A program made the position numbers and the translations under genes. Shown piece after piece: positions 1-13,304 of a stretch of 64,000 nucleotides of DNA (positions within the stretch are counted from its first letter, which is position 1; the number at the start of each line of letters is the position of its first letter). The notes beneath the pieces were generated by a model. The model was not told the DNA's origin. It saw only the letters and a program-made list of their open reading frames with translations, and searched no databases. This stretch comes from Mytilus edulis (Eukaryota): contig NC_092348.1 of assembly GCF_963676685.1 (NCBI RefSeq), forward strand, positions 37,014,001 through 37,078,000. Direction: 5' to 3'.

Positions 1-1037
1 TGCGTTTTCTCGATAAGATTTAAATTATGATTTCATTATAAATATATAGCAAAAAACATTGTCCAAGCAAAAACTTAAAAAAAACATGTTACATAAAACT
101 TCAAGGTTATGAAAGTTTTCAAATTTGGAAGAAACAGATTAATAAAAACAGCGACTTTACTATTTGTTTAAATATCCCCTTAACTAATCATATAAGTTGG
201 GAAATTGTCCGTTAATTTAATTTCATACGAAAACAAACAACATTTTTAACAAAATTAAATACACAATATATTAATATCTGTGTGTCTAGGACCAGTTTTC
301 CCCGACATAATTGACATCTACATTAAGAACCTATTTGTCAAATTTCGGTAGAGTAACTAAAAACTTTCATTTTATAGACAAAGATGAATATTTGTATTTC
401 TGAGTCCCTTAAATTGTACATGCATATTCATAAAAATAGGTTCTGTATAATTTTACACAATGTCATATGAATATGATGCATTTTACAGTGTATCAGCCAT
501 ATTTACTTTGAATAAAAAGAAATACATATGGAATGTTCATTTAATAATGATTTTTAAATTTTAAAAGGTCTTTAATAGTTCATCAAATCAATAACTATGC
601 TTATGCTTATGAAATCAGAAACCCTTACATTTAGGAAAATTGAAATCTTCATTTATCAACTTCAAAGTTGAAGGCTTTCATGAGGTGTATATTTCTCTGT
701 TCAAAACATATTAACAATATTAAATTGCGTACATTTGTTCTTGAAGTTAGATTACAGTCGGGGACAAGCTTAGAATGTCAACGAAAATTTAACCATCCGA
801 ACAGTTTTAACAATTTGACTTCTGAACAATGATTTTAATAACAATTACGATAATGCAACGGGAAGTTTTACAATTTTGATAGTTAAATTATTTCGAAAAC
901 TTATTTCCCATTTTATATGACTGTTTACCCTTAATCATAAAAAAAAATTGAAACAAATAATTGCAAGTATGATAATGTTATAAGTAATACTAGAACAAAT
1001 GTGTTTTTCTTGTCTTTACATGTTACGCAAAACTAAG

Positions 1038-1928
1038 TTAACCACCATTGTGTCGTGGTGGCCTTGATGGGATGCACATTTCAGTCTTCGTTGGCAAAGG
1101 GCAGTAACTCTGAGTAGATGGCTTAGTTAATGTTAGTGTGGTACATCTTCCTGGGAGTGTGGTTGAAGTCATCATTTCAGTTTTACAAAGCTGCATTTCT
1201 TTTGATGCAACAAAGTAGTCCGTTTCTTGGTTGATACCTTTAACAGACTTACACTGGTGAAGCTTAAGTTGTCGGAGCCGACGTCCTGGCCGATGTACAT
1301 AATCTGTCATGTCATCCAGAAATCCCATTTCTCTGAAGAAAAGTTTAACATTATCAATAGACTTTTGAACTATTTGATTATGTTCATCTACGAGTTGTTG
1401 TACCTGTTGAAGTTTTAAATTAAAATCCCCTCCAATTAACAGCTCAACTCCAGAAATCCATCCTAGATATTGTGCCAACCATAAGTAACGGGACGCAAAC
1501 TTATACAGTTCCTGTGATGTTGTCTGCGTCAGCTCCCAATGCCAACTGATACAATGAAACTGTTTGACGATATGTTGAGTAGGTTTCGGAGCCAGGATGT
1601 TAACTAAAGGATACAACAATTTGCCTTGTGTGATCCCAGGAACCACTAAAGATGATACAAGCTCGTGAGAGTTTGGGGTTTGCAATTGCAATCTCTTTGT
1701 ATCGTATAAAAGTACTGTATCTTCATTATGAGCGACTTCGGCTTGACGATAATCAGTTAACACTGGTGATGACATATCAGGCTTGTCTCCCGGCAAAAAT
1801 AATAAATCGGGTTGATTTTGTCCGACGACATCGTTTAGATAAGACATTCGGTAATCCTGAAACTGCCTTCCCTTTCTTCCAGAAGCGTTCATGCTAATGA
1901 TGCTTAACCTGTCGGCTTCTCTTCCCAT
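1038..1928 (-). CDS. EEP/DNase I-like fold protein with C-terminal GG tail, paralogue 1 (296 aa)
   Basis: Open 296-aa ORF with EEP-type motifs in the expected order: IISMN (first strand Asn), PDLLFL, CISWH, LLIGGDFN, TDYFV. It aligns end to end by eye with three other ORFs in the window and ends RPPRHNGG*. Confidence 0.85.
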   Translation of the reverse strand: MGREADRLSIISMNASGRKGRQFQDYRMSYLNDVVGQNQPDLLFLPGDKPDMSSPVLTDYRQAEVAHNEDTVLLYDTKRLQLQTPNSHELVSSLVVPGITQGKLLYPLVNILAPKPTQHIVKQFHCISWHWELTQTTSQELYKFASRYLWLAQYLGWISGVELLIGGDFNLKLQQVQQLVDEHNQIVQKSIDNVKLFFREMGFLDDMTDYVHRPGRRLRQLKLHQCKSVKGINQETDYFVASKEMQLCKTEMMTSTTLPGRCTTLTLTKPSTQSYCPLPTKTEMCIPSRPPRHNGG

Positions 1929-4900
1929 GTTATATTTATGTAAGTATATAATACAATCGTTATTTTAGTAAGCAATTCTTTCAACATTTGGTAGACGTAT
2001 TACGTAGACAAAAGATTTAATTCAAGGGAAGTCAGTCATGAGCACAACCGATACTTACAGAACTTTCGGAGGGGGTTTTATGGATATATATACGGATTTT
2101 GACAATAATTCTTATTTTTTCGCATAAAACAAATAAGAAGTTTATATATAATTCATAAATCGTTTCCTGTTATCTTTAAAGCATAGAACGATGGTCATCT
2201 TCGCTGACTAATGGTTGTTCTTATTGAATTGTCAACCAACTGCTTATATATATTTATACACAAGATGATAATATAACTGTACACACAAAACCACTAATGT
2301 AGAAGCAAATCAAATCATGTTCAACGGGGAATAAGTTTGAAGTTTTCTTTTTTATTTGGATTTGCAATGTCGACTATTGAGTTTTTTGGCTTCTTTGTTT
2401 TTCAATTTTCTGTCCTAAGTTGGTTGGTATGTTTTGATTATCCACATTTTAAGTATTTGCCTTACTGGTTAATAACAGAAACAGTAAAACGTATTGCTTG
2501 CACGAAAATAATATCATTGGATTTTAATTCCTTGAAGTTGGTACCGCTTTGTTTGTGATATCAGATACCGATGATACTTTACACCTAGAAGCAAACGGCA
2601 AATTATATTTAATTCTTTATTTAACGAAAATAGTATAAAATAAAACAATAAACAATTTTTCCATAAATTCAATTTACAAATAGTAGAAATTTTACATTGA
2701 AGAATTAAAACAGAAGGCTTAGATTAATTAGGAAACTATGGAATTTTTATTAACAAAATCTAACTAAATTACTTACTGTTTGCTTCTATTCGTCCTTTTC
2801 AATATTTTCAAATTTGAATCACCGTTTGCTTTGCTCAAAATATACACTTAACTTGCAAAAACAAAGTGAAGAAAGTGTATCAATATCCTAAATGGTGTTT
2901 TTTTTTGCATTATATATAGATATTTGTTATTATTGAAGTGTGTAATGATTGGATAACAGTATAAATATAAATAGATCTTAGAAGGTATGATATGACCAAA
3001 TAAAAATTGTCATTACGACATGAACACGTGTAGTAGCATGACTCAAAGTACAATGCTTACGTAATTCTATTTTGGTTTTTGATGATGTGATTGGACTTTT
3101 TATCACCTTTTACGAATCAATGCAACTTATGTGTACATGTTTACCATACTAATTGTTAGATTTGAAAGATCCAAAAACGTTTTTATAAAAATACCGAATT
3201 CCTAGGTTAATTAAAAAACGGGGGAATTTCCATAAAAACTTGAAGATATCATAATTGAGAGTATGTAAGCAAACAAAACGAATAAAAAAAACTGTTATAA
3301 ACCTGAATTAGAACAGAAACTTCGAATGAGGACAAATAAGAAAAAAAAGTTTTTTAAGCAGGAAATTCATACAGTGTGTTTATTGCTAATTTAACTTTGC
3401 TACATAAGTGAATTATAAACAATAGTCAATAAAAATACTCCTTTTTTGTTCATATGGCATAGTGTCTGCATATTTTTACATGTCTGTCTTTCAAAATTTG
3501 ATATTAAAGCTTTCCAGATGAAGGTGAAATCGGAAAACCGCATCGGACGGACCAAATATCTAATCTTTACATTCATTTCGATAACTATCAAATCATTATT
3601 CTCAATACACATGTTACACTTTATATCTGTTCCTTCGTACATGTCCAGTCATTCATGATAAATCTTTATCCTTCAATGATGTTATTTAATTTATATCTAC
3701 TATAATTATGTTATTACTTTCTAAAGTCATGATCAAATTGCTTTTTCAAAGGAATTTTTATGCACATATATACATATAAACAAAGTCGATTGTTGTTGTC
3801 TGATCTTTGGTCGAGTTGTTATCTCTTTGACACATTACATATTTCTATTCTCAATTTTATATTAACAAAGTCGGTATATATAGTTGAATGCTATTTGTTT
3901 CTTATGATAAATTTTAGCATCAAGAAAAAGAGAGAATTCATAAAATTAGACCCCTCAAAATATGCATATCCTGCATGATGAATAGTAATTTAAGGTATCT
4001 TGAATAATCTGAAAATATTACTTTTATGTAAACCTAAGCTTAACTAGAAATGAATCACCAATCCTGAAACAATTACGAACAGTACGTCAGCCTACCAAAT
4101 GTACAATGCATATTAACGAAATATGTTTTATAACTGCTAAATCCTTCAAATATTAATCAAGTAAAAAAAAAGAACCTTTATAAAACAGTCTTTAGAGCTG
4201 AGGGCATTGCTTGTATATAAATATACATATGTGCATGTTCAACTGAGTTATTTGTGTTGTTGTGACTTTTGTTTATGTCCCAAGTATCATTTTTACTTAT
4301 ATGACAATAAAAAAAATATAACTTCTTAATAAAATTGTCAAATGAGTATTTCCGATCAGTAGCCTTGAATAGACTTTTGAATTCCGCGTAAATTATACAG
4401 AAATACCATTGAGAGAACGAAAGGCAAAATTTTCAATAAATCATCGTGTAATACATATTTATAGTTTGAAGATTAGATTAGTACCAATATTTAGAGAGGG
4501 TTAATCGAATAAAGGTAATGAAAGTGTATTAATGTTATTACGTGCAACTCTGCAAGATAACAACATATTAGATAACATATATGTTAGAAAGTTTCTAAAC
4601 GTAGTGAATACTGCATATGTATAGTACAAGTAAATTATACGTTTTTCACAATTTTTGTGCGATAAGATGGTCTTCAAATGTATATTTATGTATAGAAAAA
4701 AAAAACAGTTATTACGAAATTGCCCCCCAAAAAAACTCTATATTTTAAAGACTAATCTGTTGAAGTCATATATTACCTGTATTATCACTGGTGGTAAGCG
4801 GATGGTCGTAACTAAAAGTTACGACCATCCGGAGATGGGAGACAACTCTAGAGATAAGTTTTTCTTTTCCTATTTTCATGCAGTAAAATGTTCATTTGAG

Positions 4901-5270
4901 TCAAACCGCTTGTCCCGTATATACTATTCGGTGGTTCGGAGATATTGAAACCAAATTTGATGCATTAAAACATTCCTATTTTCGTAAAATAGTCATTCAA
5001 AAATTCGAGCATGATGGTCGTAACTAAAAAAACAAAAATGTTGAGGATGGTCGTAACGAAAATTTGTGATGGTCGTAACTCTGTTTTAAATAAGACCGAA
5101 TAAGGCAAGTCAAGAGTTTTTAACGTGTCTTTTATTGTATGCATATATATTATATGTTGTATTTCTGAAGATTTTTTTTAAATTTTTACATACAACGTAA
5201 AATAAAGCAATTTCAATCCGTGTAACACTTATCAATTAAAATTTTAAAAAAAGTTTTCAAATATTGGTTT

Positions 5271-6164
5271 CAGGGGTGTGAAAATGCTATGCCCGACTCG
5301 CCCGACTCGTACATTTGAACAACCGGACAAGTAATAATTTTTGTCGTGGTTGCCCGTGGACAAGTAAAAAAATATACAACATGTACAAGACAAAGTTCAA
5401 ATCCAACAAAAACATAAGATTAATTTCAAAACGTATAAAGATGTTTAATTTATGTAAAAGAAACCAATCTTCAGCAAGTAAAAACATCAATGTTCATGAC
5501 GATAAATATTACATGATACTGGAAATAGATCGATTAATTTACCAAAATAAATAAAAATAAGTATGCGAACCAGAGTCGCGTTACATAAACATTGCATTGG
5601 CTTTGTCCATTGACCCTGGATCGTCGATTAAGTTTTATCCATCATTTACCGGTTGTGTCATTTCTTTAAATTTTGTATCGAGATTCAGATTGACAAATAC
5701 TTAATAAAAAGCTGGGCAAGCAAGACAAAAAGCATCATGAGTCGAGTAGAAAACCTTAAATGCAAACGGAGGACACAGAGTATTTAAAAAAAAGAGAAAC
5801 GGAAGCTAGAATCATTGTCCTCAAATTTAGTATATTATGTACCTACTGGCTACAATTTTTATTCCAAAACTGCAGCAAAATTGTCCTTTACATGTCATTT
5901 CATTGGTTGGCTTCCTGTTAGGTTTCTGTCCCACTGATGTTAACCCATTTCCTACTTTCCTAATTTTTTACACATATAAACAAATGGATTTCATTCATTT
6001 GTGATGCACAAAAGTGCCAAGTAAGAATCATATATTAGCTAACAAGAAATACTTCAATATTTATTGGGATCATCAGGGCAAGTAAATTGTTTTCTGGACA
6101 AGTAAAATTTTTAGTTTTACTTGCCCAGGGACAAGTGCTCACAACAAATATTTCCACACCCCTG
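5271..6164. mobile_element. Non-autonomous DNA transposon (hAT-like termini), nested
   Basis: 15-bp TIR caggggtgtgaaaat / atttccacacccctg with one mismatch. Subterminal gg(a/g)caagt repeats at both ends. No clean TSD seen. Confidence 0.6.
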
Positions 6165-6886
6165 AGTTTGGGGGAATTTGATTAAAGTTTCAAATCGGTT
6201 TAAAATTCCAAATTTTTAAAATGTTTTGGACCGAACAAGGCAAGTCAAGAGTTTTAAACATGTCTTTTATTATATGAATATATTATATTATATATTGTGA
6301 AGTTGTTTTCACCAATGATAAAATCTAAAGGAAGTGAAGAGAGGGGTACATGTAAAGTGCGAAACGGAAGAAAATTGGAACAAATCGAACGAAACAATAC
6401 AAAATGAAATGACAGTCATATATATATATATACTGAAAATATAATGTATAAAACTAACCAGAGGCAAATAGTTAAATTAATGTATAAGCAATTAAATTCA
6501 TTAACAATGTAAATTTCTCAAAAGTGGAGAATTCATTTTAAAACAAAAAACACAGCCTTGGTTATGATAATTTTTAGTTAGAAATAAAAAGCATGAAATG
6601 TATCAAATAATTTTAATTACAAAATAAATGATTTTAAGGAAAGGCATTTTTAGTAAAATGGACATCACATGAAATAACAGTATCCTGGTGGTTTTTTTTT
6701 TCTTCTTTAGATTTTGCATCTTTGTTAAAGATAAACATTGTAAAAACTTTTTGAGGATGTACCTACTAGTTGATTTTTTTTTAAATCTACAATTTAAGAT
6801 TGATACATTAAGTCGAAAGAGCATTAGTAAGGAGTCAAAATAATCTAAAAGTTAATATTGATAGGTTATGAAGGTCGTTATCTAGA

Positions 6887-6930
6887 CTAGACCATTCCCG
6901 CGAATTCGCAGGTCCGTACCTGAGTTAAAG
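6887..6930 (-). mobile_element. Helitron 3' terminus, nested; 5' extent unresolved
   Basis: The minus strand reads ggacctgcgaattcgcgggaatggtCTAG|T: a GC hairpin followed by CTAG, resembling the 3' end at 23650. Confidence 0.55.
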
Positions 6931-7407
6931 AACACACGCTTTATTTTTAGCCTGGATTTTTAGAAGTCATATTGTTTTTTGGTGAAATCAAGCTGATAAT
7001 AAGGTGGACAGTTATGTCCATTACGAAGTCCATGAGTAGCGTGTAGCCATTCATACAATATAAACATATAACATACACATAATGTTCAATCTGCATACCG
7101 TGGGGTTTGTATGTGATAGTTGCCGCTGTACATTTAGTTCTACCGAAGTCTCTGACATATTATCCTGGTTACAAGCTTAAGCCTGGCTTCAAACTAGTAT
7201 TTTATTTTACTCTTAAAGTCAGCGCGTGTAGAAGTGTAAAATATATATATCAACAATATTCCTACTTTCGAGAGATTAATATAATTTTCATTGCAACACA
7301 ATGGATTCAGTTTTCATTCCGTACAAATACTTAGAACTAATATCAATGATATACCGCTATATATAATCGTTATGTAATCGATAAACAATAGACAGCACGT
7401 TAAAAAA

Positions 7408-7548
7408 TCCTGGGTTGAGTTCAATATCGTAGCGGCTACGTAGCTGCTATCAATATCTATGTAGCAACTAGTCTATAGCTACACATTCAATAGTCAAAAT
7501 CTACGTAGCACTATACGCAGCTGCTACGATATTGAACTCAACCCAGGA
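7408..7548. mobile_element. Palindromic MITE-like element (~140 bp)
   Basis: Inverted arms tcctgggttgagttcaatatcgtagc / gctacgatattgaactcaacccagga. Confidence 0.65.
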
Positions 7549-10199
7549 CTCCGAAGTGTATTTGTGGATTTAATTTCCGCATGAACCACCAAAAGCCGAA
7601 TATTTGAAGGCCTATAGTTTATAAGAACTGCAATAGCTGATTAAAAGTTAACGATGATTGTTCAGAATTGTACGTTTAATAATTTCATCTGCCGATACGA
7701 TTGCAGAAAAAAAGTCGAAAATAAAAAAAAAAATATGAGGGAACACACGTGCATTTGATAATTTTATGCCTTAACGTACAGTAAAAAAAATATTAATACT
7801 CAACCCAAACATACTTTTTCGCTTAATGCGAGTTGAACAGTTTTCACTGTTCCTCCTAAATGATGAGCGTTTTGAATACATCAGAACTGTGTGTGTTTAA
7901 TAATTCTCTAGCTCAATTTCTGCATACCATTATCATGGTAACACATAATATTGTTTGTAACAAATCATGTATGACATCTGAGTTTATTACTTTTACTTTT
8001 AAAATACATTAATAAAAGTTTGTCTAAATACTCGAGTTACGGTCATCTTTCAAAGTTACGACCATCATCCAAAATATTATAGTTGAATTTACGACCATCA
8101 CACATTTAAAGTTACGACCATCATGCTCCAACTTTTGAATGACTATTTTACGAAAATTGGAATGATTTTGTCTATCAAAGTTGGTTTCAATATCAACGCA
8201 CTCACAATACGTGTATATGAGACCAGCGGTTTGGCTCAAATGAACCTTTTACTGCACGAAAATATGAAAAGAAAAATTTATCCCTAGAGTTGTCTCCCAT
8301 CTCCGGATGGTCGTAACTTTTAGTTACGACCATCCGCTTACCACCAGTGGTATTATACCTTTTGTGTTTAGCTGTTTTCAAGGGAATCAATGGAGTCAAA
8401 ATTCATACCAATTTCCGTCTGGTGGTGGTTTATTTTAACTCTTGGTTTCATTTGAAGTTTTGGTTCACTGTTAATAATTTATACAGGCAAACAGCTATTT
8501 AAGGCAATCTCCTTTCACTTAACGATTTTGATAATTGAAAGTACATTGGGCATTTAAGAAAATTGTATGCTCTAAATATTTTAACCAGCTTATTGTATTC
8601 CATAAGTATTGTGAATGTTTTTTGTTTGTCAACGTGCACAATATCCGTGTATGATGTATGTATACTTACAATAACAACAATCCAATGGTTCGGAGTAAGC
8701 TAAGTAGAACATCTCATATATCATATACATATCAAGAACATTAAGGTTATTTATAAATAAAGTGTTGATTTAACTGTGTTGGAAAAGTACTTGACTTAAA
8801 AAATTTGTTCAAATGCACCATACCAATGTAAAAAATGTCGGCACTTAAATCACATGTATGCCTGCTGGATTTCTTATGCTTTAAGAGATCTTTTTGACAT
8901 AGCGAAAGCAAACGTAAAACGACGAGTTTACGAAAACAATCTTGTTATGCCATGACCTACATGAATACAAATAGAATTTATATTCTAATATATGCAGGTA
9001 AATAACAACAGGACTGTTGGTGATGTGTGCACGGTTTCAAAATAGAGACTTTTTGTTTTAGATTATTATGAATATAAAGGTATGAGGCAACATCAGTTTA
9101 CATTATTATTTTAGTAGATGAAGCTAAGAAGATGAAACTGTAAGAACTGTCAATAAACTTATTCATTCTTACATCCACAATCACCCTTCAATGATACATG
9201 GATGTCAAATGAAACACAAATGAGACAAAAAGAAGGCACATAACAAGCGATCTCACAAAAAAAATATTATATGCTGACCGTTTATTTATATAGATCAAGT
9301 CATACAACTATGCAAGGAGAAGTACATACAAATTGTGCAAACCGAACTACGTTTATCATATAAAAACACTTGCGATCTCATCATAAAACGGAAGGTATGT
9401 GATTGGGAGCAAAGTGAAGTTATCATGGTTATTTAATTTTTCACAGTAATCTATATCATCAAATTCATATTGTTTTACTTAAAATAAAAATTGTAACTCT
9501 AGTCCTTCATGTTATCTTTTTCCTTCCTTTAGCAATAAGATATTCAAAGATAGACTAAACCAGAGCGATATTGCCCTCCAAATAATTATATGAAGTAAGT
9601 CGCTAGTTTGCAATTTAAAACTTTCACTGGCAGAAATTTAGATTTTCACAATTTCTTAATAAAAGTTCTTGTCACTTGATATAAAATGTCGACGTATTGA
9701 ATATGAGGAACACTAATGATTTCACCAGTGAAGCAGTGTCTGCTTATCTTACCAGAGGATATGACTATACACACAGTTTTTAATTGGATGTGCGTTTTTA
9801 GTTTTCTATAGAGGTTAGTGAACGTGTTTGTCTTTCTGTCATCTTTGCCAGTTTTTACAAGCAATTTTATGTAAAATGTACCTTTTTAAGGTACATAACT
9901 CATGTCAGTGCCCGTGTTCATACTCATTCGAAGCATCAACCTATTTTTGAAATTTCTGACAATTCTTCACTCGAGTGTCATATTTTTGTATTGTAATTGA
10001 CCCCTGCTGATTTTCAAACTCGTCAAAAATGATAACCGCTGATTTCCGGACTTCCATAAATTGCTGATGCAAAACTTCGAATCGATATGCATTTCATAAC
10101 AATACTCCAAAATGTTGTGGTTTGAATTCGATTTCCGAACGTGTCCAAAACATTTGATGCTATAAACCCTTGATTGACACTTATGTTCTTAAACGAAAC

Positions 10200-10890
10200 A
10201 TAAATCGAAAATAGACTGACAACACCATGGCTGAAACAGAAAAAGACAAACAGACAAACAATAGTACACAAAACACAACATAGACAAATAAATACCAAGC
10301 AAAAACCACATCAAAAACTGGGGTTGATCTGAGGTGTTCTGGAAGAGTAAACAAATCCTGCTCCCTGCTCATGTTAGTACAGATATGGTAATAAGTCTAA
10401 TTTGGTAGGTCACATTTGTGACAAGGGAACAGGATTGTAGAAACGACAAAAGGAACATATCCGCTATCATCTGTGAAACGGATATTTCATACCGGTCAAC
10501 AAACTCGTGATGGTGTCCCTAAAATTTACGACGGTATGGTTTCAACTTCATCATTTTGGAACTCTTGGTTTTTTAGCTTCCTTGTGAGCAGCAACCCTCT
10601 ATATAGGAAATAATTATAGGATATGAGAAATACAAGCCCCGCAATTTCGTATTAATTGGGAGATATATACTCAGTATGCTGGCGCTGTTGGAATGTTGCT
10701 ACAATGAAATGTGCTGAATTGGGAAGCTGAAATCATCACTTTTGTCGCAAAAAAAAATGTTTTCAACCAACCTTCATTGTCAATTTCTAGATGTATTTCA
10801 AGATATGAGGCATACCTTACTTTACCTGTTGTATCCTTCATCTCTCTCGCCCCTCTTGTATCTGTAGGTCGATGGGATAGATGCGTTCAA
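10200..10890 (-). mobile_element. Decayed 3' fragment of a Penelope-like RT retroelement (family A)
   Basis: The reverse complement matches 34700-35400 and 47355-47886 (RT C-terminus plus 3'UTR). Confidence 0.75.
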
Positions 10891-12416
10891 AATAGTCTTC
10901 AAATTTGGAATAAAGTGTTGAAGTACATTAAAGGCCCCAAAGTAAAATCATTTTCGATACACATATGTTGTCAAAATTCAATGTATTGTGGGTTTTTTTC
11001 GGAATAAGAGACTTAGAGACGAAGAAAAACATGGGCCGCAACCAACGATCTACCATGATCTTATTAAAACAATTTCAATGTCCATCATAATCACTTATAT
11101 TTTTATCATTTAAAGGGTTGATTTCTTTTAAATGAGTTAATTGACACATATATCTATTGAACTGTATTTAGCGCCATGATGCATGTAACAATTTTACTTA
11201 ATTACTTTTACATAGATATAAACCGTATTTTAACCAAATCATTTATCAACCATAATACACACAAAGTTCTTACCATTAGAACCTGAATTCATCCCGATTA
11301 CCGATAGCACTCATGTCGCCCAATGTTTATTTTCAATATTAAGTTTCAGTGCGGCAAGGGGACTGCAATATCTGCTCAAAAGTTATTGATTGAGCAATGC
11401 AATAATTTGTATCATAGCTTTTTTTCAATGTATCGTAGATAAGTGAGAAACTAATTAGAAACTATGAATGGAAATAAAAGTTGACCTGAAGCAAATGGAC
11501 TATTCGTTTTCTGCTTCTTAGGTGAAGCAACACTTTTTATATTCAATTCTAAAGTATTTATATATCCTCGGCATGTACACATTTTGGTTTGAGTGTTCAT
11601 TGTGGATGTATATTCGAGAAAAAAAACCTTGCTATTTATAAAACGTTCTGTAGTTAACTAGCATATATGAATATGTTTTTACATTTAATAAAAATAGGAA
11701 AAAAATCTTTGTACACCAATTTATTCACAATCGTATCAGACCGATAATAACCGGTCATGAATAAATATCAAAATTATTATGTCAAGAAATGTTAACACAG
11801 TTGAATTAAATAAACACCTACAAATGTAGTAATACACATTTTTTCCATTATGATCTAACAATAATGACGTCATGTCTAAATATAGTTTATATTTTTATAA
11901 GTTGTAGACATCTGATATATAAAGAACTATACACAATTTCAATTGATGGTGCAATACAAAATGTACACAATAAGGGTATTGCTATATCATATATAGTATA
12001 TGTTAAAATTGTCACATGAACATTATCTCCTAATCACATTTGCACAAATCTCACCACGACAAATCAAATTGCTGTATTGATGATGTATAATGATTTCTAC
12101 GAAACTTATGATATGACATATAGCATGTATAAGCGCATAACAGTATTAATTTATTCGTAACAGGCATTTTTATTTCTTTTAAGCTATTTACTATTTTGTG
12201 TTTATTTCAAATGTCATATTGCAAGGGAATGAAGTAGCTCAAAATTACTGTAGTTAGTTATAGCTTAATAGGAGTTTGTCTTTTTTTCCCTTTTTTTATA
12301 AACTTTTTTTTATTTTAATCAAATATTTCAAATATATTTATTATGTACATGTATATGTGGAATAGGATTGAATTTGCGAAATTTATTTGTGAGACATTTT
12401 TTTGAAATAAAATATT

Positions 12417-13304
12417 TTAGCCGCCGTTATGTCTTGGTGGCCTTGCTGGAATATGCATCTCTGTCTTGATTGGCGGAGGACGCTCGTGTTCAATTTTCTG
12501 TTTTATCACCGCCGATTGAGCGCATCTCATTGGAACATTTGATTCTGAAATTATATCAGTATTACCAAGTTGCATTTCTTTTGATGCAACGAAATACTCA
12601 GTTTGGTTGCTTCCATCTGTAGAGATGCACGGGTGTAATTTAAGCTGACGGAGGCGACGTCCTGGTCTATGAGTATTATCCGTCATACTATCATCATACC
12701 CCATTAATCTGAACATTGGCTTGACATTTTCAATTGTTCCCTGGACGAATTTGTTATGTGCTATCAAGAGGTCCTGTAATTTTTGGAGTGGCAAATTGAA
12801 ATCTCCTCCAATAAGAACTTCTACGCCATGTGTCCATGCCAGGTATTGCGCCAACCATAAGTAACTTGCAGCACGTTGTTCTAGTTCCTCAGATTCTGTT
12901 TGTGTGAGGCTATAATGCCAACTTATGATGTGGAACTGCTTGACAACATGTTGAGTTGGTTGAGGTGATAATATATTCATTAATGGGAAAATCAATTTGC
13001 CTAATTGAACACCAGGTACCTTTAGAGTTGGTATTAACTCAAACCAATTTTGTATTTCTAACTCCAATCGTTTGGAGTCGTACAGAAGGCCCGTCTCCGA
13101 ACTGAAAGCTAAATTTACAGGGCGGTAATCGTTAAGTTTGAATGAAGTCATATCTGAATTGTCACCTGGTAGCAATACCATATCGGGTTCATTCTGCCAG
13201 ATAACATCATTCAAATGAGACGTCCGTTCAGATTGACACTGCTCTCCATTTCTACCAGCAAGTTTCATGCTAATGATGTTTAGTCTATCTGTATGTTTCC
13301 CCAT
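12417..13304 (-). CDS. EEP/DNase I-like fold protein with C-terminal GG tail, paralogue 2 (295 aa, most divergent copy)
   Basis: The ORF track starts at 13334, but the ATG at 13304 (MGKHTDRL) aligns with MGREADRL/MGRDTDRL of the paralogues. Motifs: PDMVLLPGD, IISWH, VLIGGDFN, RPGRRLRQLKL, TEYFVASKEMQL, RPPRHNGG*. Confidence 0.85.
   Translation of the reverse strand: MGKHTDRLNIISMKLAGRNGEQCQSERTSHLNDVIWQNEPDMVLLPGDNSDMTSFKLNDYRPVNLAFSSETGLLYDSKRLELEIQNWFELIPTLKVPGVQLGKLIFPLMNILSPQPTQHVVKQFHIISWHYSLTQTESEELEQRAASYLWLAQYLAWTHGVEVLIGGDFNLPLQKLQDLLIAHNKFVQGTIENVKPMFRLMGYDDSMTDNTHRPGRRLRQLKLHPCISTDGSNQTEYFVASKEMQLGNTDIISESNVPMRCAQSAVIKQKIEHERPPPIKTEMHIPARPPRHNGG

Larger units (their letters stand above)
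4786..8349. mobile_element. Non-autonomous long-TIR DNA transposon, P-superfamily/Galileo-like, with nested insertions
   Basis: About 300-bp inverted arms (4786-~5082 and ~8032-8349) starting CACTGGTGGTAAGCGG and ending CCGCTTACCACCAGTG. The 7-bp direct repeat GTATTAT flanks both ends (4779-4785, 8350-8356). GATGGTCGTAAC is repeated in the arms. Confidence 0.8.

Noticed and set aside
1905-1928. N-myristoylation of the EEP-like proteins (all begin Met-Gly)
   Set aside because: The following residues (R/K, then D at the position favouring Ser/Thr) fit the consensus poorly, so it is not supportable from sequence alone.
4655-4948. Matching peptides in ORFs 4655-4948 (+) and 8202-8399 (-) as a gene pair
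   Set aside because: The shared peptide is simply the transposon TIR read on both arms.
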